Counted from the first letter of the stretch, positions 1 to 9,853 are shown. The stretch: DNA of 64,000 nt from an uncultured Flavobacteriaceae bacterium (GCA_963530895.1 CAUSFO010000001.1:203-64202), one strand, 5' to 3'. Made by a program: numbers and translations. The notes: generated by a model from the letters alone, not told the origin.

Positions 1-183
1 TTTGTTTTGAAAAAGCATAATATCTCGGCTCGTGATTTTAAGGATAGTTATAATTATTATATCCTTGACTCCAAAAGTCTGAATGAAATATACGATAATG
101 CTAAAAAAATAATTTTGGAGAAAGATCCAAAAATGAATGAATATTTAAAGAAAAATAAATTCGAAAATAAACCTGAACAATAA
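1..183 (+). CDS. 3' end of a CDS truncated by the window edge (hypothetical protein, last 60 codons)
   Basis: Frame +1 is open from base 1 to TAA at 181-183 (...YILDSKSLNEIYDNAKKIILEKDPKMNEYLKKNKFENKPEQ*). No start codon inside the window. Product not recognised. Confidence 0.45.
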   Translation, partial: FVLKKHNISARDFKDSYNYYILDSKSLNEIYDNAKKIILEKDPKMNEYLKKNKFENKPEQ

Positions 184-194
184 AATATTGCTCT

Positions 195-1328
195 ATGAAA
201 AATTTTTTTGAAGTTGAAAAAAATACCACTGGAAAAGCCCGCGCAGGGAAAATAACCACAGACCACGGAGAAATACAAACTCCTATTTTCATGCCTGTGG
301 GAACGGTAGCAAGCGTAAAAACTGTACATCAGCGCGAACTAAAAGAAGATATAAAAGCCCAAATCATCTTAGGAAACACCTACCATCTGTATCTGCGCCC
401 AGGAATGGAGATTATGCAGAAAGCAGGCGGACTGCATCAGTTCATGAATTGGGACAGACCTATTCTTACCGACAGCGGCGGTTATCAGGTTTTTTCTCTG
501 GCTGCAAGCAGAAAAATGACCGAAGAAGGAGTAAAATTCAAATCCCATATAGATGGAAGCTATCATTTTATCTCTCCTGAAAAATCAATGGAAATCCAGC
601 GACAAATAGGAGCAGATATTTTCATGGCTTTTGATGAATGTACTCCTTACCCATGTGAATACAACCAAGCCAAAGAATCCATGGAGCTTACGCACCGCTG
701 GCTGAAAAGATGTATTGACTGGACCACTGCAAATAAAGAACTCTATGGACATCTGCAGAATTTATTCCCGATTGTTCAAGGTTCTGTCTATCACGACCTT
801 AGAAAAATTTCTGCGGAGGTCATCTCGGAAGCAGGAGCAGCAGGAAACGCCATCGGTGGGCTTTCTGTAGGAGAACCCGAGGAAATAATGTACGAAATTA
901 CAGACATCGTTACAGATATTCTCCCAAAAGAAAAACCACGATACCTAATGGGCGTTGGGACGCCTTGGAATATCCTAGAAAGCATCGGGCTGGGAATTGA
1001 TATGATGGATTGCGTAATGCCGACACGAAACGCCAGAAACGCTATGCTTTTCACTTGGAATGGCGTGATGAACATGAAAAACCAAAAATGGAAAGATGAT
1101 TTTTCGCCGCTGGATGAATTTGGGACAAGTTTCGTCGATAGAGAATACAGCAAGGCCTATGTAAGACATCTTTTCGTAGCGAAAGAATATTTAGCCAAAC
1201 AGATTGCTTCCATTCACAACTTGGCATTTTATTTAGATTTGGTAAGAACCGCTAGAGAGCATATTCTTGCTGGAGATTTTTATGAATGGAAAGACCAAAT
1301 CATACCTCAGCTGAAGCAAAGATTGTAA
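195..1328 (+). CDS. tgt: queuine tRNA-ribosyltransferase (tRNA-guanine transglycosylase)
   Basis: 377-aa ORF with full-length Tgt-like sequence: GKARAGKITTDHGEIQTPIFMPVGT, LTDSGGYQVFSL, DCVMPTRNARN. Confidence 0.95.
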   Translation: MKNFFEVEKNTTGKARAGKITTDHGEIQTPIFMPVGTVASVKTVHQRELKEDIKAQIILGNTYHLYLRPGMEIMQKAGGLHQFMNWDRPILTDSGGYQVFSLAASRKMTEEGVKFKSHIDGSYHFISPEKSMEIQRQIGADIFMAFDECTPYPCEYNQAKESMELTHRWLKRCIDWTTANKELYGHLQNLFPIVQGSVYHDLRKISAEVISEAGAAGNAIGGLSVGEPEEIMYEITDIVTDILPKEKPRYLMGVGTPWNILESIGLGIDMMDCVMPTRNARNAMLFTWNGVMNMKNQKWKDDFSPLDEFGTSFVDREYSKAYVRHLFVAKEYLAKQIASIHNLAFYLDLVRTAREHILAGDFYEWKDQIIPQLKQRL

Positions 1329-1438
1329 TTTTTAAATTTCAATTAAACAAATTTCCTTTATTTATGCTATTTATTTGTTATTAGGGAGGTCTTTTTTAAA
1401 CTATAATTAAATAAATTTAGCTGTTTAAAAAAATTTGT

Positions 1439-1446
1439 TATATTTG
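1439..1446 (+). promoter_or_regulatory. Bacteroidota sigma-A -7 box (TAnnTTTG) upstream of the Crp/Fnr gene
   Basis: TATATTTG lies 20 nt upstream of the ATG at 1467 and matches the TAnnTTTG consensus. Motif match only. Confidence 0.4.
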
Positions 1447-1466
1447 CTGACAAATATCATATAATT

Positions 1467-2183
1467 ATGCTGATAGAACATCACATTGAGATTGAACATA
1501 ATTTTCAGAATATTTTCTGTGAAAAGTCTTTTGAGGAATGTCTTTCAGAGGAGGATTTCCAGAGATACTTAGATGAAAAGAAAGTTATCTCTATTCCAAA
1601 AGGCAAGTTAGTTTTCGCTGAAGGTGAGATGCCAAAGGGTGTTTTTTTCATACAAAAAGGCGCGATAAAACTCTATAAAATGGGGTTTAATAAAAAACAG
1701 CAGATTCTGCGCTTCGCGAAGGAAGGTGACCTCATTGGTTATCGTTCGTTACTTTCAGAAGAGGAATTTGGTGCTTCAGCAGAAGCGATGTCTCCTGTGC
1801 AGGTGACTTTCGTTTCTGGAGAAATTTTTCATAAGCTACTTATGTCTAATCCAAAGTTGTCTTATGCCATGCTTCAGAAAATTTCTTGTGAATTAGGAGA
1901 GTATTCTAATACGATCACACTCCTTGCACAGAAAACAGTACGAGAAAGACTGGCTGAGATACTTCTTTTATTAGAACTTAAACTAGGAACTGATCCAGAA
2001 GGTTTTATAAAAATTTCTTTAACAAGAGAAGAAATATCTAACCTGATAGGAACCGCTACAGAAAGTGCCATCAGACTTATCTCTGAGTTTAAAACTGACC
2101 AGCTGATAGAGGTTGAAGGAAGAAATATAAAAATACTAGACCATAACAGATTGAGAAAACTGGGTCATGTAGATTACAATTAA
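1467..2183 (+). CDS. Crp/Fnr family transcriptional regulator
   Basis: 238 aa. Cyclic-nucleotide-binding beta-roll region (FAEGEMPKGVFFIQKGAIKLYK) plus a C-terminal HTH (TREEISNLIGTATESAIRLISEFK). Confidence 0.85.
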   Translation: MLIEHHIEIEHNFQNIFCEKSFEECLSEEDFQRYLDEKKVISIPKGKLVFAEGEMPKGVFFIQKGAIKLYKMGFNKKQQILRFAKEGDLIGYRSLLSEEEFGASAEAMSPVQVTFVSGEIFHKLLMSNPKLSYAMLQKISCELGEYSNTITLLAQKTVRERLAEILLLLELKLGTDPEGFIKISLTREEISNLIGTATESAIRLISEFKTDQLIEVEGRNIKILDHNRLRKLGHVDYN

Positions 2184-2192
2184 AATTTTCAT

Positions 2193-2218
2193 AAAATAGG
2201 CTAATGCCTATTTTTTTA
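2193..2218 (+). terminator. rho-independent terminator after the Crp/Fnr gene
   Basis: Stem ATAGGC / GCCTAT with loop TAAT, followed by a T7 run. Confidence 0.6.
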
Positions 2219-2220
2219 TG

Positions 2221-2228
2221 TATTTTTG
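2221..2228 (+). promoter_or_regulatory. -7 box (TAnnTTTG) upstream of panB
   Basis: TATTTTTG lies 25 nt upstream of the ATG at 2254. Confidence 0.4.
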
Positions 2229-2253
2229 TCTATACATTTAAAAAATAAAAACT

Positions 2254-3069
2254 ATGTCTATACATTCTGAAATAAAAAAGATAACCACAGAAACCATCCG
2301 AAAGATGAAACAGGATGGCGAGAAAATATCCATGCTCACAGCTTATGACTTTACAACAGCCAGAATGCTGGATGCTGGCGGGATAGACACTATTTTGGTG
2401 GGTGATTCTGCTGCCAATGTAATGGCTGGATATGACACCACCCTGCCTATTACCCTTGACCACATGATTTATCATGCACAAAGTGTGGTGAGAGGAATAA
2501 AAAGAGCTTTGGTGGTTGTGGATTTGCCTTTTGGTTCTTACCAATGTAATCCGGACAAAGCCCTAGATTCTGCCATCAGAATCATGAAAGAAACAGGAGC
2601 AAGCGCCATCAAACTAGAAGGCGGAAACGAGGTAGCTGACTCTATCAAAAAAATCGTGAATGCAGGAATTCCTGTGATGGGTCACCTTGGACTTACTCCA
2701 CAGAGTATCAATCAGTTCGGAAGTTATAAACTCAGAGCTAAAGAAGATGCCGAAGCCCAAAAACTAATCGAAGATGCTAAATTATTAGAAAGTTTAGGTT
2801 GTTTTTCTTTAGTTTTAGAGAAAATCCCTAGCCAGTTAGCTAAACAAGTTACAGATAGCATTTCCATTCCTACTATCGGTATCGGAGCGGGTGTTCACTG
2901 CGATGGGCAGGTATTGGTTTATCAAGATATGGTGGGAATGAATGAAGGTTTCAAACCTAAATTTTTAAGAAAATATCTTGACCTTTATTCCGAAATCACC
3001 TCGGCTGTGGGACAATTTGTAAAAGATGTGAAAGAACAAAACTTCCCTAATGAAAATGAAAGCTACTAA
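2254..3069 (+). CDS. panB: 3-methyl-2-oxobutanoate hydroxymethyltransferase
   Basis: 271 aa. [30 protein letters not shown] and KLEGG motifs are typical of PanB. Confidence 0.95.
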   Translation: MSIHSEIKKITTETIRKMKQDGEKISMLTAYDFTTARMLDAGGIDTILVGDSAANVMAGYDTTLPITLDHMIYHAQSVVRGIKRALVVVDLPFGSYQCNPDKALDSAIRIMKETGASAIKLEGGNEVADSIKKIVNAGIPVMGHLGLTPQSINQFGSYKLRAKEDAEAQKLIEDAKLLESLGCFSLVLEKIPSQLAKQVTDSISIPTIGIGAGVHCDGQVLVYQDMVGMNEGFKPKFLRKYLDLYSEITSAVGQFVKDVKEQNFPNENESY

Positions 3070-3580
3070 ATCCATATTAAAAAGCAAATGGAGTCTGTTC
3101 CTTGCTTTTTTATTCAGCTCCTCACTTGCCCATGCTCAGAACACTTCATATACGATGATTAGTGCGGGATACGCTTACCAAAATCAAAGTTTTGGAGAAA
3201 TAGGCGGGAAACTATTCATTGCCCAAAAGGACACTGATAATGTAGCATTTCGTGTCGGAGCATCTGCTCTGATGGGAGCGACAAATGGTAAATTTGCGAT
3301 AATGCCAAAAGTCCAAGGAGATATTTTATTCAATCCTAGAAAAGAGGTCTATGTCGCTCATGCCTATTACTACATGGCTGGTGTGGAGGCTACTACTAAG
3401 TATTTTGCGCCTTATTTGGGGATAAGTTTACTCGGTTTATTTGATATTACTGGCGGATATGCTTTTTCTTATCCGAACCAAACACTTCATGGAAAAGAAT
3501 TAAAGGGATTTCGTTTAGGAGTTACTTTTAATATCCCAACAGAGCCTTTCAAGAACTCAAACAGCAAATCTAAAGGTTAA
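3050..3580 (+). CDS. hypothetical secreted / small outer-membrane-like protein
   Basis: 176 aa. N-terminal signal peptide ([15 protein letters not shown]) and alternating aromatic/Gly-rich segments. Overlaps the panB end by 20 nt. Family not recognised. Confidence 0.5.
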   Translation: MKMKATKSILKSKWSLFLAFLFSSSLAHAQNTSYTMISAGYAYQNQSFGEIGGKLFIAQKDTDNVAFRVGASALMGATNGKFAIMPKVQGDILFNPRKEVYVAHAYYYMAGVEATTKYFAPYLGISLLGLFDITGGYAFSYPNQTLHGKELKGFRLGVTFNIPTEPFKNSNSKSKG

Positions 3581-3733
3581 TTTTCTAGTAAAAAATTTGC
3601 TTTTCTAGTGTATTTTTATTTACTTTGTAATATAGTTTATTAAAAATTCTAAAATACATGAGGTAAAATTCTACATTTTCAATAATTGATATAATGGGAG
3701 AGGATTTGTCTTCTCTGTAAAAAATGTAGCGTT

Positions 3734-4321
3734 ATGAAAATATCTGACAGTTGCCTCATATCACAATATCAAAAAGGTGATGAACAGGCTTTAGAAAAGT
3801 TAATTCAGAAACACCAGCAGGACTTATTTTCTTTCATTTTTTATAAAGTGAAAGATGAGGATCTAGCCAATGATTTTTTCCAAGATACTTTTATAAAAAT
3901 CATTATCAAACTAAAAGAAGGGAAATACACAGAGGAAGACAAATTCATCCTCTGGGCTAAAAGAATCGCTTCTAATCTTATCATAGACCATTTCCGTGCA
4001 AAATCTAGACATATCACTGTGTCTGAGACATCCTACATGGATGATGAATTTTCTATTTTTGACACCATTAAGGAAACGGATTTCAATGTTGAGGAACAGC
4101 TGATCCTCAGCCAGATTCATGAGGATTTAAAAAATATCATCGTATTTCTTCCTGAAAACCAGCAGGAAATCATCAAAATGCGTTTCTATGATGAACTGAC
4201 ATTCAAAGAGATAGCAGAACTGACAAATACAAGCATCAATACTACTCTCGGCAGAATGCGCTACGCCCTGATGAACATTAGAAAAATAATTACAGAAAAT
4301 AAAATTGTTTTAACATCATAA
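3734..4321 (+). CDS. RNA polymerase sigma-70 family (ECF-type) sigma factor
   Basis: 195 aa. Region 2 (DLANDFFQDTFIKII...LWAKRIASNLIIDHFR) and region 4 HTH (LTFKEIAELTNTSINTTLGRMRYAL). Confidence 0.85.
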   Translation: MKISDSCLISQYQKGDEQALEKLIQKHQQDLFSFIFYKVKDEDLANDFFQDTFIKIIIKLKEGKYTEEDKFILWAKRIASNLIIDHFRAKSRHITVSETSYMDDEFSIFDTIKETDFNVEEQLILSQIHEDLKNIIVFLPENQQEIIKMRFYDELTFKEIAELTNTSINTTLGRMRYALMNIRKIITENKIVLTS

Positions 4322-4506
4322 TAATTAACAGTTTTTTTTCGTTCGAGAAATAAAAGTAAATATCTCACCTATGAAAAAAAACTACAATTTTGCTAAAATT
4401 GTACTTATGCCCAAAAAGAAAACTATCGATTTTATTCTAAATTTTTCTAAAAGCATCAGTGCAATTAGTTTAAACAAGATGGATTTTATTGCCTTCAAAA
4501 ATTAAC

Positions 4507-4534
4507 AAAAAACTCCTTTTAAAAGGAGTTTTTA
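4507..4534. terminator. bidirectional rho-independent terminator between convergent genes
   Basis: Near-perfect palindrome AAAAACTCCTTTT/AAAAGGAGTTTTT with A and T runs on both sides. The right arm overlaps the stop codon of the GH3 gene. Confidence 0.7.
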
Positions 4535-6049
4535 TTTTTTATTCTCTTCTAAAAGAGGTTCTATGTATTGTCTGTCATTGCTGAGGCGCGGGACTTTATT
4601 CTGTCCGCCCAGCTTCCCGCGAGATGCCATCCAGTCATAGAAAAGATTAGTTCTCGCTTTATGGATAATCGGCGGTTTCAGGGTCATGTTATTGTATCTT
4701 TTTGCCTCATAATCAGAGTTTAAGGATTTCAGCGTTTCATCAAAAATTTCAGAAAAACGCCCAAAATCATTCGGCTCTGTGGAAAACTCTATCATCCATT
4801 CGTGGCTGCCAGATTCGCCATCTTTCATATAGACTGGCGCACCTGTGTAATCCGTGATTTTCGCATTGGTTTCTTGGCAAGCCTTAGAGAGGGCTGTTTC
4901 CACATTGTCTATCATCAGTTCTTCGCCAAATGCATTGATATAATGTTTTGTTCTTCCCGAAATTTTAAACCTAAACGGCTTCAAATCTGTGAATCTTATC
5001 GTGTCGCCTATCAGATAGCGCCAAAGCCCTCCATTAGTAGTGATAACGACTGCGTAATTTTTCCCTAATTCTACATTTTCCAGCGAAATAGCTTTTGCAC
5101 TTTCTGTCCCAAAAGTATCCATCGGGATAAATTCATAGAAAATTCCATAATCCAGCATGAGGAGCATTTCATCGCTGCCAAATCGGTCTTGAATTCCGAA
5201 AAATCCTTCCGAGGCATTATAAATTTCATAATAACGGATATCCTTGCCTATCAACTGTTTATATTGCTCTCTATACGGCACAAAACTAATTCCGCCATGG
5301 AAAAACACTTCCAGATTTGGCCAAACTTCAGAAATAGATTTCTTCCCTGTATCTTTCAGAACCCTTTGCAGAAGCACCATCATCCAGCTGGGAACTCCTG
5401 TGAGGCTTCCTACATCTTTATTTTTTACTTCTGAAACTATGGCTTTTAGTTTGGTTTCCCATTCGGACATGAGGGAAACTTCTCTGCTCGGCGTGGTGGT
5501 TCTCTCTACCCAAAAAGGCAGATTTTCTATCAAAATCGCTGATAAATCGCCGAATTTTGTTCCAAAACTTTCATAAAGCTCGGCACTTCCGCCTAATCTT
5601 AAATTTTTAAATTTAAATAAATTACTGTCTCTGTGATTGTTAATATAAATCGCCAAAAGGTCTTTCCCTGCCTTATAGTGGCAGTTTTGGAGGCTTTCAT
5701 CCGAAATTGGGATGAATTTGCTCTTCGCATTGGTCGTTCCAGATGATTTCGCGAAATGTTTTATTTTCCCAGGCCAAAAAACATCAGGATTTCCCTGCCT
5801 TGCTTTCTCTATAAAAGGTTCAAAATCCTCGTATGACACGATAGGAACCTGCTTATTGAAATCCTCATAAGACCTAATTTCTTCAAAGTGATGAAGTTTT
5901 CCATATTCCGTATTTTTCGCTTGGGAAAGCAGAGAAAACAAAACTCTCTGCTGAGTCTCGATAGGATGCTCGATAAACTGGTTGATTCCTTCCATTCTTC
6001 TGAGAATGAAAAGATTGAATATTTTATTTAAAATAGAATTAAATGCCAT
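4532..6049 (-). CDS. GH3 auxin-responsive-promoter family protein (acyl-adenylate-forming enzyme family)
   Basis: 505 aa. The N-terminus (FIEHPIETQQRVLFSLLSQAKNTEYGK) and overall length match the GH3-domain proteins common in Bacteroidota. From recall, not a search. Confidence 0.8.
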   Translation of the reverse strand: MAFNSILNKIFNLFILRRMEGINQFIEHPIETQQRVLFSLLSQAKNTEYGKLHHFEEIRSYEDFNKQVPIVSYEDFEPFIEKARQGNPDVFWPGKIKHFAKSSGTTNAKSKFIPISDESLQNCHYKAGKDLLAIYINNHRDSNLFKFKNLRLGGSAELYESFGTKFGDLSAILIENLPFWVERTTTPSREVSLMSEWETKLKAIVSEVKNKDVGSLTGVPSWMMVLLQRVLKDTGKKSISEVWPNLEVFFHGGISFVPYREQYKQLIGKDIRYYEIYNASEGFFGIQDRFGSDEMLLMLDYGIFYEFIPMDTFGTESAKAISLENVELGKNYAVVITTNGGLWRYLIGDTIRFTDLKPFRFKISGRTKHYINAFGEELMIDNVETALSKACQETNAKITDYTGAPVYMKDGESGSHEWMIEFSTEPNDFGRFSEIFDETLKSLNSDYEAKRYNNMTLKPPIIHKARTNLFYDWMASRGKLGGQNKVPRLSNDRQYIEPLLEENKK

Positions 6050-6084
6050 AGTGACAAAGGTAAGAATATTTTAAAATTTCTGCC

Positions 6085-6825
6085 CTATTTATCCGTTTCT
6101 TTATATCCCACATCTACAAGATAGAGCCCGTGTGCGGGAGCAGAGGCGCCTGCTTTATTGCGGTATTTGGCTTGGATGATGTCATGCAGATCCTCTGGTT
6201 TTATTTTTCCTAAACCTACTTCCACCAATGTTCCCACGATAGCCCTGACCATATTTCTTAAAAAACGATTAGCCGAAATCGTAAAAACAAGGCTGCTGCC
6301 TTTTTGGTTCCATTGGGCGTAATAAATTTTACAATTATTCGTTTTTACATCCGTATGTAATTTAGAAAAACTGGTAAAATCTTCGTATTCAAAGAGGATT
6401 TTACAGGCTTCGTTCATTTTTTCTACATCTAATTTTTGTCTCCACATCTGCCATGAAAAAGCCTCTGTGAAAGGGTCTTTTTCTAATGAAATATGATATT
6501 CATAAGTTCTATAAACAGCGCTAAATCTCGCGTGCATCTCTTCCTCAACCTGAAAAATTCTCTTAATAGCAATGCTTGGCGGAAGAAAAGCATTCAGTCT
6601 CTTTACTAAATCCTCGCTGATAGGCTGCTGCGTATCAAAGTGGGCAAATATCTTTCGTGCATGTACGCCCGTATCGGTGCGACCTGCGCCTATGGTTTTT
6701 ATATCTTCTCTCAGCAGGGTAGAGAGGGCTTTTTCCAAGACTTCCTGCACGGATATTTGTTTCGGCTGTATCTGATAGCCAAAAAAATGAGCTCCGTTGT
6801 AGGAAAATTCTATAAAATACCGCAT
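6085..6825 (-). CDS. truA: tRNA pseudouridine(38-40) synthase
   Basis: MRYFIEFSYNGAHFFGYQIQP...GAGRTDTGVHA is a TruA hallmark. I trimmed the start from the track ORF (6966) to the Met at 6825, which gives the canonical N-terminus. Confidence 0.9.
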   Translation of the reverse strand: MRYFIEFSYNGAHFFGYQIQPKQISVQEVLEKALSTLLREDIKTIGAGRTDTGVHARKIFAHFDTQQPISEDLVKRLNAFLPPSIAIKRIFQVEEEMHARFSAVYRTYEYHISLEKDPFTEAFSWQMWRQKLDVEKMNEACKILFEYEDFTSFSKLHTDVKTNNCKIYYAQWNQKGSSLVFTISANRFLRNMVRAIVGTLVEVGLGKIKPEDLHDIIQAKYRNKAGASAPAHGLYLVDVGYKETDK

Positions 6826-6896
6826 AATTTGCAATTTAAGACTGCAAAAATCGTAAATTTCTATTACATTTGCCTTGTTTTGGTGGTCATTTAGCA

Positions 6897-7391
6897 ATGA
6901 AAAAAATATTACTTCTCTCGGACACGCATTCTTATATGGATAATCGCATTTTGGAATACGCCTCACAGGCGGATGAGATCTGGCATGCGGGAGATTTTGG
7001 AAATCAGGAAGTAATAGACAGCCTCAGCGCCGTAAAGCCTCTGAAAGGTGTCTTTGGGAATATAGATGATGCAGGAATACGGAAACAATTTCCTGAAATA
7101 CTGAGATTTACCTGCGAGGAAGTGGAAGTTATGATAACGCACATCGGCGGCTATCCAAAAAAATACGCTCCCAGCATCAAAGCGGAACTACTCCAGCGCC
7201 CGCCAAAACTCTTTATCTCTGGGCATTCTCATATTTTGAAAGTTATGTTTGACCAAGATTTGGGACTACTGCACCTCAACCCTGGCGCGTGTGGAAATGT
7301 GGGCTGGCACAAGGTGAGAACGATGATGAGATTCGTGATAGATGGGCAGGAGATAAAAGATTTGGAAGTAATAGAACTCGGCACAAGATAA
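6897..7391 (+). CDS. metallophosphoesterase family protein (YfcE/MJ0936-like)
   Basis: MKKILLLSDTHSY, HAGD, GNID and GHSH motifs. Start trimmed to 6897 (MKKILLL). Confidence 0.85.
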   Translation: MKKILLLSDTHSYMDNRILEYASQADEIWHAGDFGNQEVIDSLSAVKPLKGVFGNIDDAGIRKQFPEILRFTCEEVEVMITHIGGYPKKYAPSIKAELLQRPPKLFISGHSHILKVMFDQDLGLLHLNPGACGNVGWHKVRTMMRFVIDGQEIKDLEVIELGTR

Positions 7392-7395
7392 AAAT

Positions 7396-7890
7396 ATGAA
7401 AATAGGCGATAAAGTTTCGGTAATTGATGAGGATTTGGAGGGAACTCTGGTCTCAGTAAAGGATAAAACGGCGGTTTTTGAGGATTCGCATGGTTTTCGG
7501 CACGAATATCCTTTGGCTCAGCTTGTTTTGCGCGGAAACTTGATTTATGATGAGGTTCCTTTGACCAAAAAAGAAGAAACGAAAAAGAATATTTCCCAAA
7601 AGCACCAAAAAAACGCGATGAAAATAGACCTTCACTTTGATCAATTAGTGAAAAACCCTCATGAATATGACTCTTGGGAACGGCTTTTCATCCAAAAAGA
7701 GCGACTAATAGAGGTTTTGGATTTCTGCAAAGCGAATAAAATAAAACGGCTGGAAATCATCCACGGACTGGGCGAAGGCGTTCTGCAAGAGCTGGTCTAT
7801 GATGTGCTGCGAAGTTACACAGGGATAGAATTTGAAGAAAATGAATTTTTCAAACATCAGTCTGCTTCGGTGGAGGTGGTATTTTTTTAA
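7396..7890 (+). CDS. Smr domain-containing protein
   Basis: 164 aa. C-terminal Smr-like module (MKIDLH...LEIIHGLGEGVLQELVYDVL). Confidence 0.7.
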   Translation: MKIGDKVSVIDEDLEGTLVSVKDKTAVFEDSHGFRHEYPLAQLVLRGNLIYDEVPLTKKEETKKNISQKHQKNAMKIDLHFDQLVKNPHEYDSWERLFIQKERLIEVLDFCKANKIKRLEIIHGLGEGVLQELVYDVLRSYTGIEFEENEFFKHQSASVEVVFF

Positions 7891-8504
7891 ACAAGGAGAA
7901 GTTTCGGTTGTTTTAGGGTTGTTATTGTTTCATTTTGCCATTTTAAAAGCTGATAAATACCGCTATCATAATCATTTTTTATAATATACTCTTTTATTAG
8001 TTCAGCTTTTTGAATATCTTTTTTGAACCACTCTGCATTTTCATGCTTTTTTAACGCTGTTATTTTTTCTATATATTGTAATGCTTCAGAATATTTCCCA
8101 AGTATAAAATATGTATATGCTAAATATTCATCTCTTCCTGTTTCATGTCCATAGTAAGAATTATTTAATATATAGGGTATAATATCCTCAAAAGAGTTTA
8201 GAAAGTTGTATTTTTTGAAATTCTGTAAAGATAAATTTATGTCATTTATTTCTTCTTTTTTCCAATGATTTCCTATTCTCTCGCCTAAACTGAAATTATA
8301 TGTTGAAAACGGAACATATAAACACTGGACAAAGTATTGTATGAAAAAAGCGTCTTTATCTACTGATGAATCTAAATAAAAACCTATTAAAACAGATGCT
8401 CCAGACTTATCTTTTATTATGTAGTAAGCCAATCTTCCGTTTTTAATAAACTTATCTGCGAATTTTATTTCTTTTATTATTTTGTTCAATTCTGTAGTTT
8501 TCAT
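7887..8504 (-). CDS. hypothetical protein (AT-rich, accessory)
   Basis: 205-aa ORF with no recognised motif. About 23% GC in a hand-counted 120-nt sample (8101-8220). Its stop overlaps the Smr gene stop at the TTAA. Confidence 0.5.
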   Translation of the reverse strand: MKTTELNKIIKEIKFADKFIKNGRLAYYIIKDKSGASVLIGFYLDSSVDKDAFFIQYFVQCLYVPFSTYNFSLGERIGNHWKKEEINDINLSLQNFKKYNFLNSFEDIIPYILNNSYYGHETGRDEYLAYTYFILGKYSEALQYIEKITALKKHENAEWFKKDIQKAELIKEYIIKNDYDSGIYQLLKWQNETITTLKQPKLLLV

Positions 8505-8532
8505 GGCTTTTAGGATTATACAAAATTAGAAT

Positions 8533-8979
8533 TTATTTTTCACAAATAGACACAATGCAGCAGATTGTATTGTTTTCAACAGGAAAGAATATAAGGTTTC
8601 CTTTTGTATTTTCCTTTAAAAAATTATTTTCTTCATAAACAGCAGAATTTATTTTAAATAATTCGTTGCTATCTTTCACAAAATATTTCTTCACATAAGG
8701 AGGATACCAGTCTCTACAATATTCTTTTTTCACTATTAAAGGAAAGTTATGCTTCTTATCAGCAGATTTGAAAATTGCTTTATAATCTTGGTTTGAAAAT
8801 TTTATTACTGCATATATTTCAATAATTTGGCTGCAATCTTGGCTGAGTTCTCCAAGTTTCGTTTTGGATATTTCATATTCTGCTTTTTGAATGGCAACAG
8901 GAAGATTTATATATTTTTCAAGCTCTTTTGTGTCCGTATATATGTTATTTTCGGTTTTATTTGGCTTAATACAAGACAT
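8533..8979 (-). CDS. hypothetical protein (AT-rich, accessory)
   Basis: 148-aa ORF, same strand and 28 nt upstream of the 205-aa ORF. No recognised motif. Confidence 0.45.
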   Translation of the reverse strand: MSCIKPNKTENNIYTDTKELEKYINLPVAIQKAEYEISKTKLGELSQDCSQIIEIYAVIKFSNQDYKAIFKSADKKHNFPLIVKKEYCRDWYPPYVKKYFVKDSNELFKINSAVYEENNFLKENTKGNLIFFPVENNTICCIVSICEK

Positions 8980-9100
8980 ACATATAAAAAAACAATAGTA
9001 TTTTTCTCATTTTTCAGATTATTTCACTTATTTTATTCAACCTTACAAAGATATTTCTTAAAAACAATCTTTTCACAAAATTTTCTCTTATTTTTGTGGA

Positions 9101-9853
9101 ATGCAAATAGTTATTATCGGTTCTGGGAATGTTGCCTATCATCTGGCGAAAGCTTTTACGGAAAACCAAATTCCTGTAAAACAACTTTTCGGCAGGAATG
9201 AGGCAAGTTTGGAGAAAATATCCTCCGAGCTTGGGATTTCGTATTCTACGGAGCGTTTAGAACCTGCGGATTTATACATCATCGCGGTAAAAGATGATGC
9301 CATCGGTGAAGTTTCCAAAATCATCACGGACAAAAACTGCCTCGTAGCCCACACTTCTGGCTCTACCCGAATGGAAATTCTGACTGGAGAATACCGAAAG
9401 GCGAGTTTCTATCCTTTGCAGACTTTTTCAAAGGAGAAAAAACTGGACTATTCTAAAATTCCTTTTTTCATCGATGCTGAAAATGAAAACGACAAGGAAA
9501 TTTTGATGAATTTAGCCAAAAAAATTTCCAAAAAAGCCATGCTCGTAGATGATGAAAAAAGAAAATACATCCATCTCACTGCCGTTTTTTCTTGTAATTT
9601 TGTCAATCATCTTTTTGCCAGAGCAAAAGAAATTTCTGACAGCCAAGGCATTCCTTTTGAGTTTTTTCTTCCACTGATAGAAGAAACCGTTGATAAAATC
9701 CATTTCATCAACCCAAAAGATGCCCAAACAGCGCCTGCCAGAAGGAACGACCAAAAAATATTGCAAATGCACGAAACTCTCTTAGAAAACGATGAACAGA
9801 GAGAAATTTATAAAATAATGAACCAATCGATAAAAAAAATGTATGAGTTATAA
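9101..9853 (+). CDS. Rossmann-fold NAD(P)-binding / DUF2520-type protein
   Basis: 250 aa. N-terminal dinucleotide-binding loop MQIVIIGSGNVAYHLAKAF. Length and C-terminal half resemble DUF2520 proteins (recall). Confidence 0.65.
   Translation: MQIVIIGSGNVAYHLAKAFTENQIPVKQLFGRNEASLEKISSELGISYSTERLEPADLYIIAVKDDAIGEVSKIITDKNCLVAHTSGSTRMEILTGEYRKASFYPLQTFSKEKKLDYSKIPFFIDAENENDKEILMNLAKKISKKAMLVDDEKRKYIHLTAVFSCNFVNHLFARAKEISDSQGIPFEFFLPLIEETVDKIHFINPKDAQTAPARRNDQKILQMHETLLENDEQREIYKIMNQSIKKMYEL

Noticed and set aside
57-329. 90-aa and 63-aa minus-strand ORFs at the window start
   Set aside because: They overlap the end of the upstream CDS and the start of tgt in antisense. They have F/S/Y-rich low-information sequence.
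6826-6966. N-terminal extensions in the ORF track (truA to 6966, yfcE-like from 6870, patatin to 38295, DUF4293-like to 24486, rnhA to 48864, kinase to 62009)
   Set aside because: The extensions lack similarity to the respective families or overlap neighbouring genes. Internal Met codons give canonical N-termini or signal peptides, so the starts were trimmed.
7887-7890. Overlapping convergent stop codons (TTAA) of the Smr gene and the 205-aa ORF
   Set aside because: This is a trivial palindromic overlap with no regulatory implication I can support.
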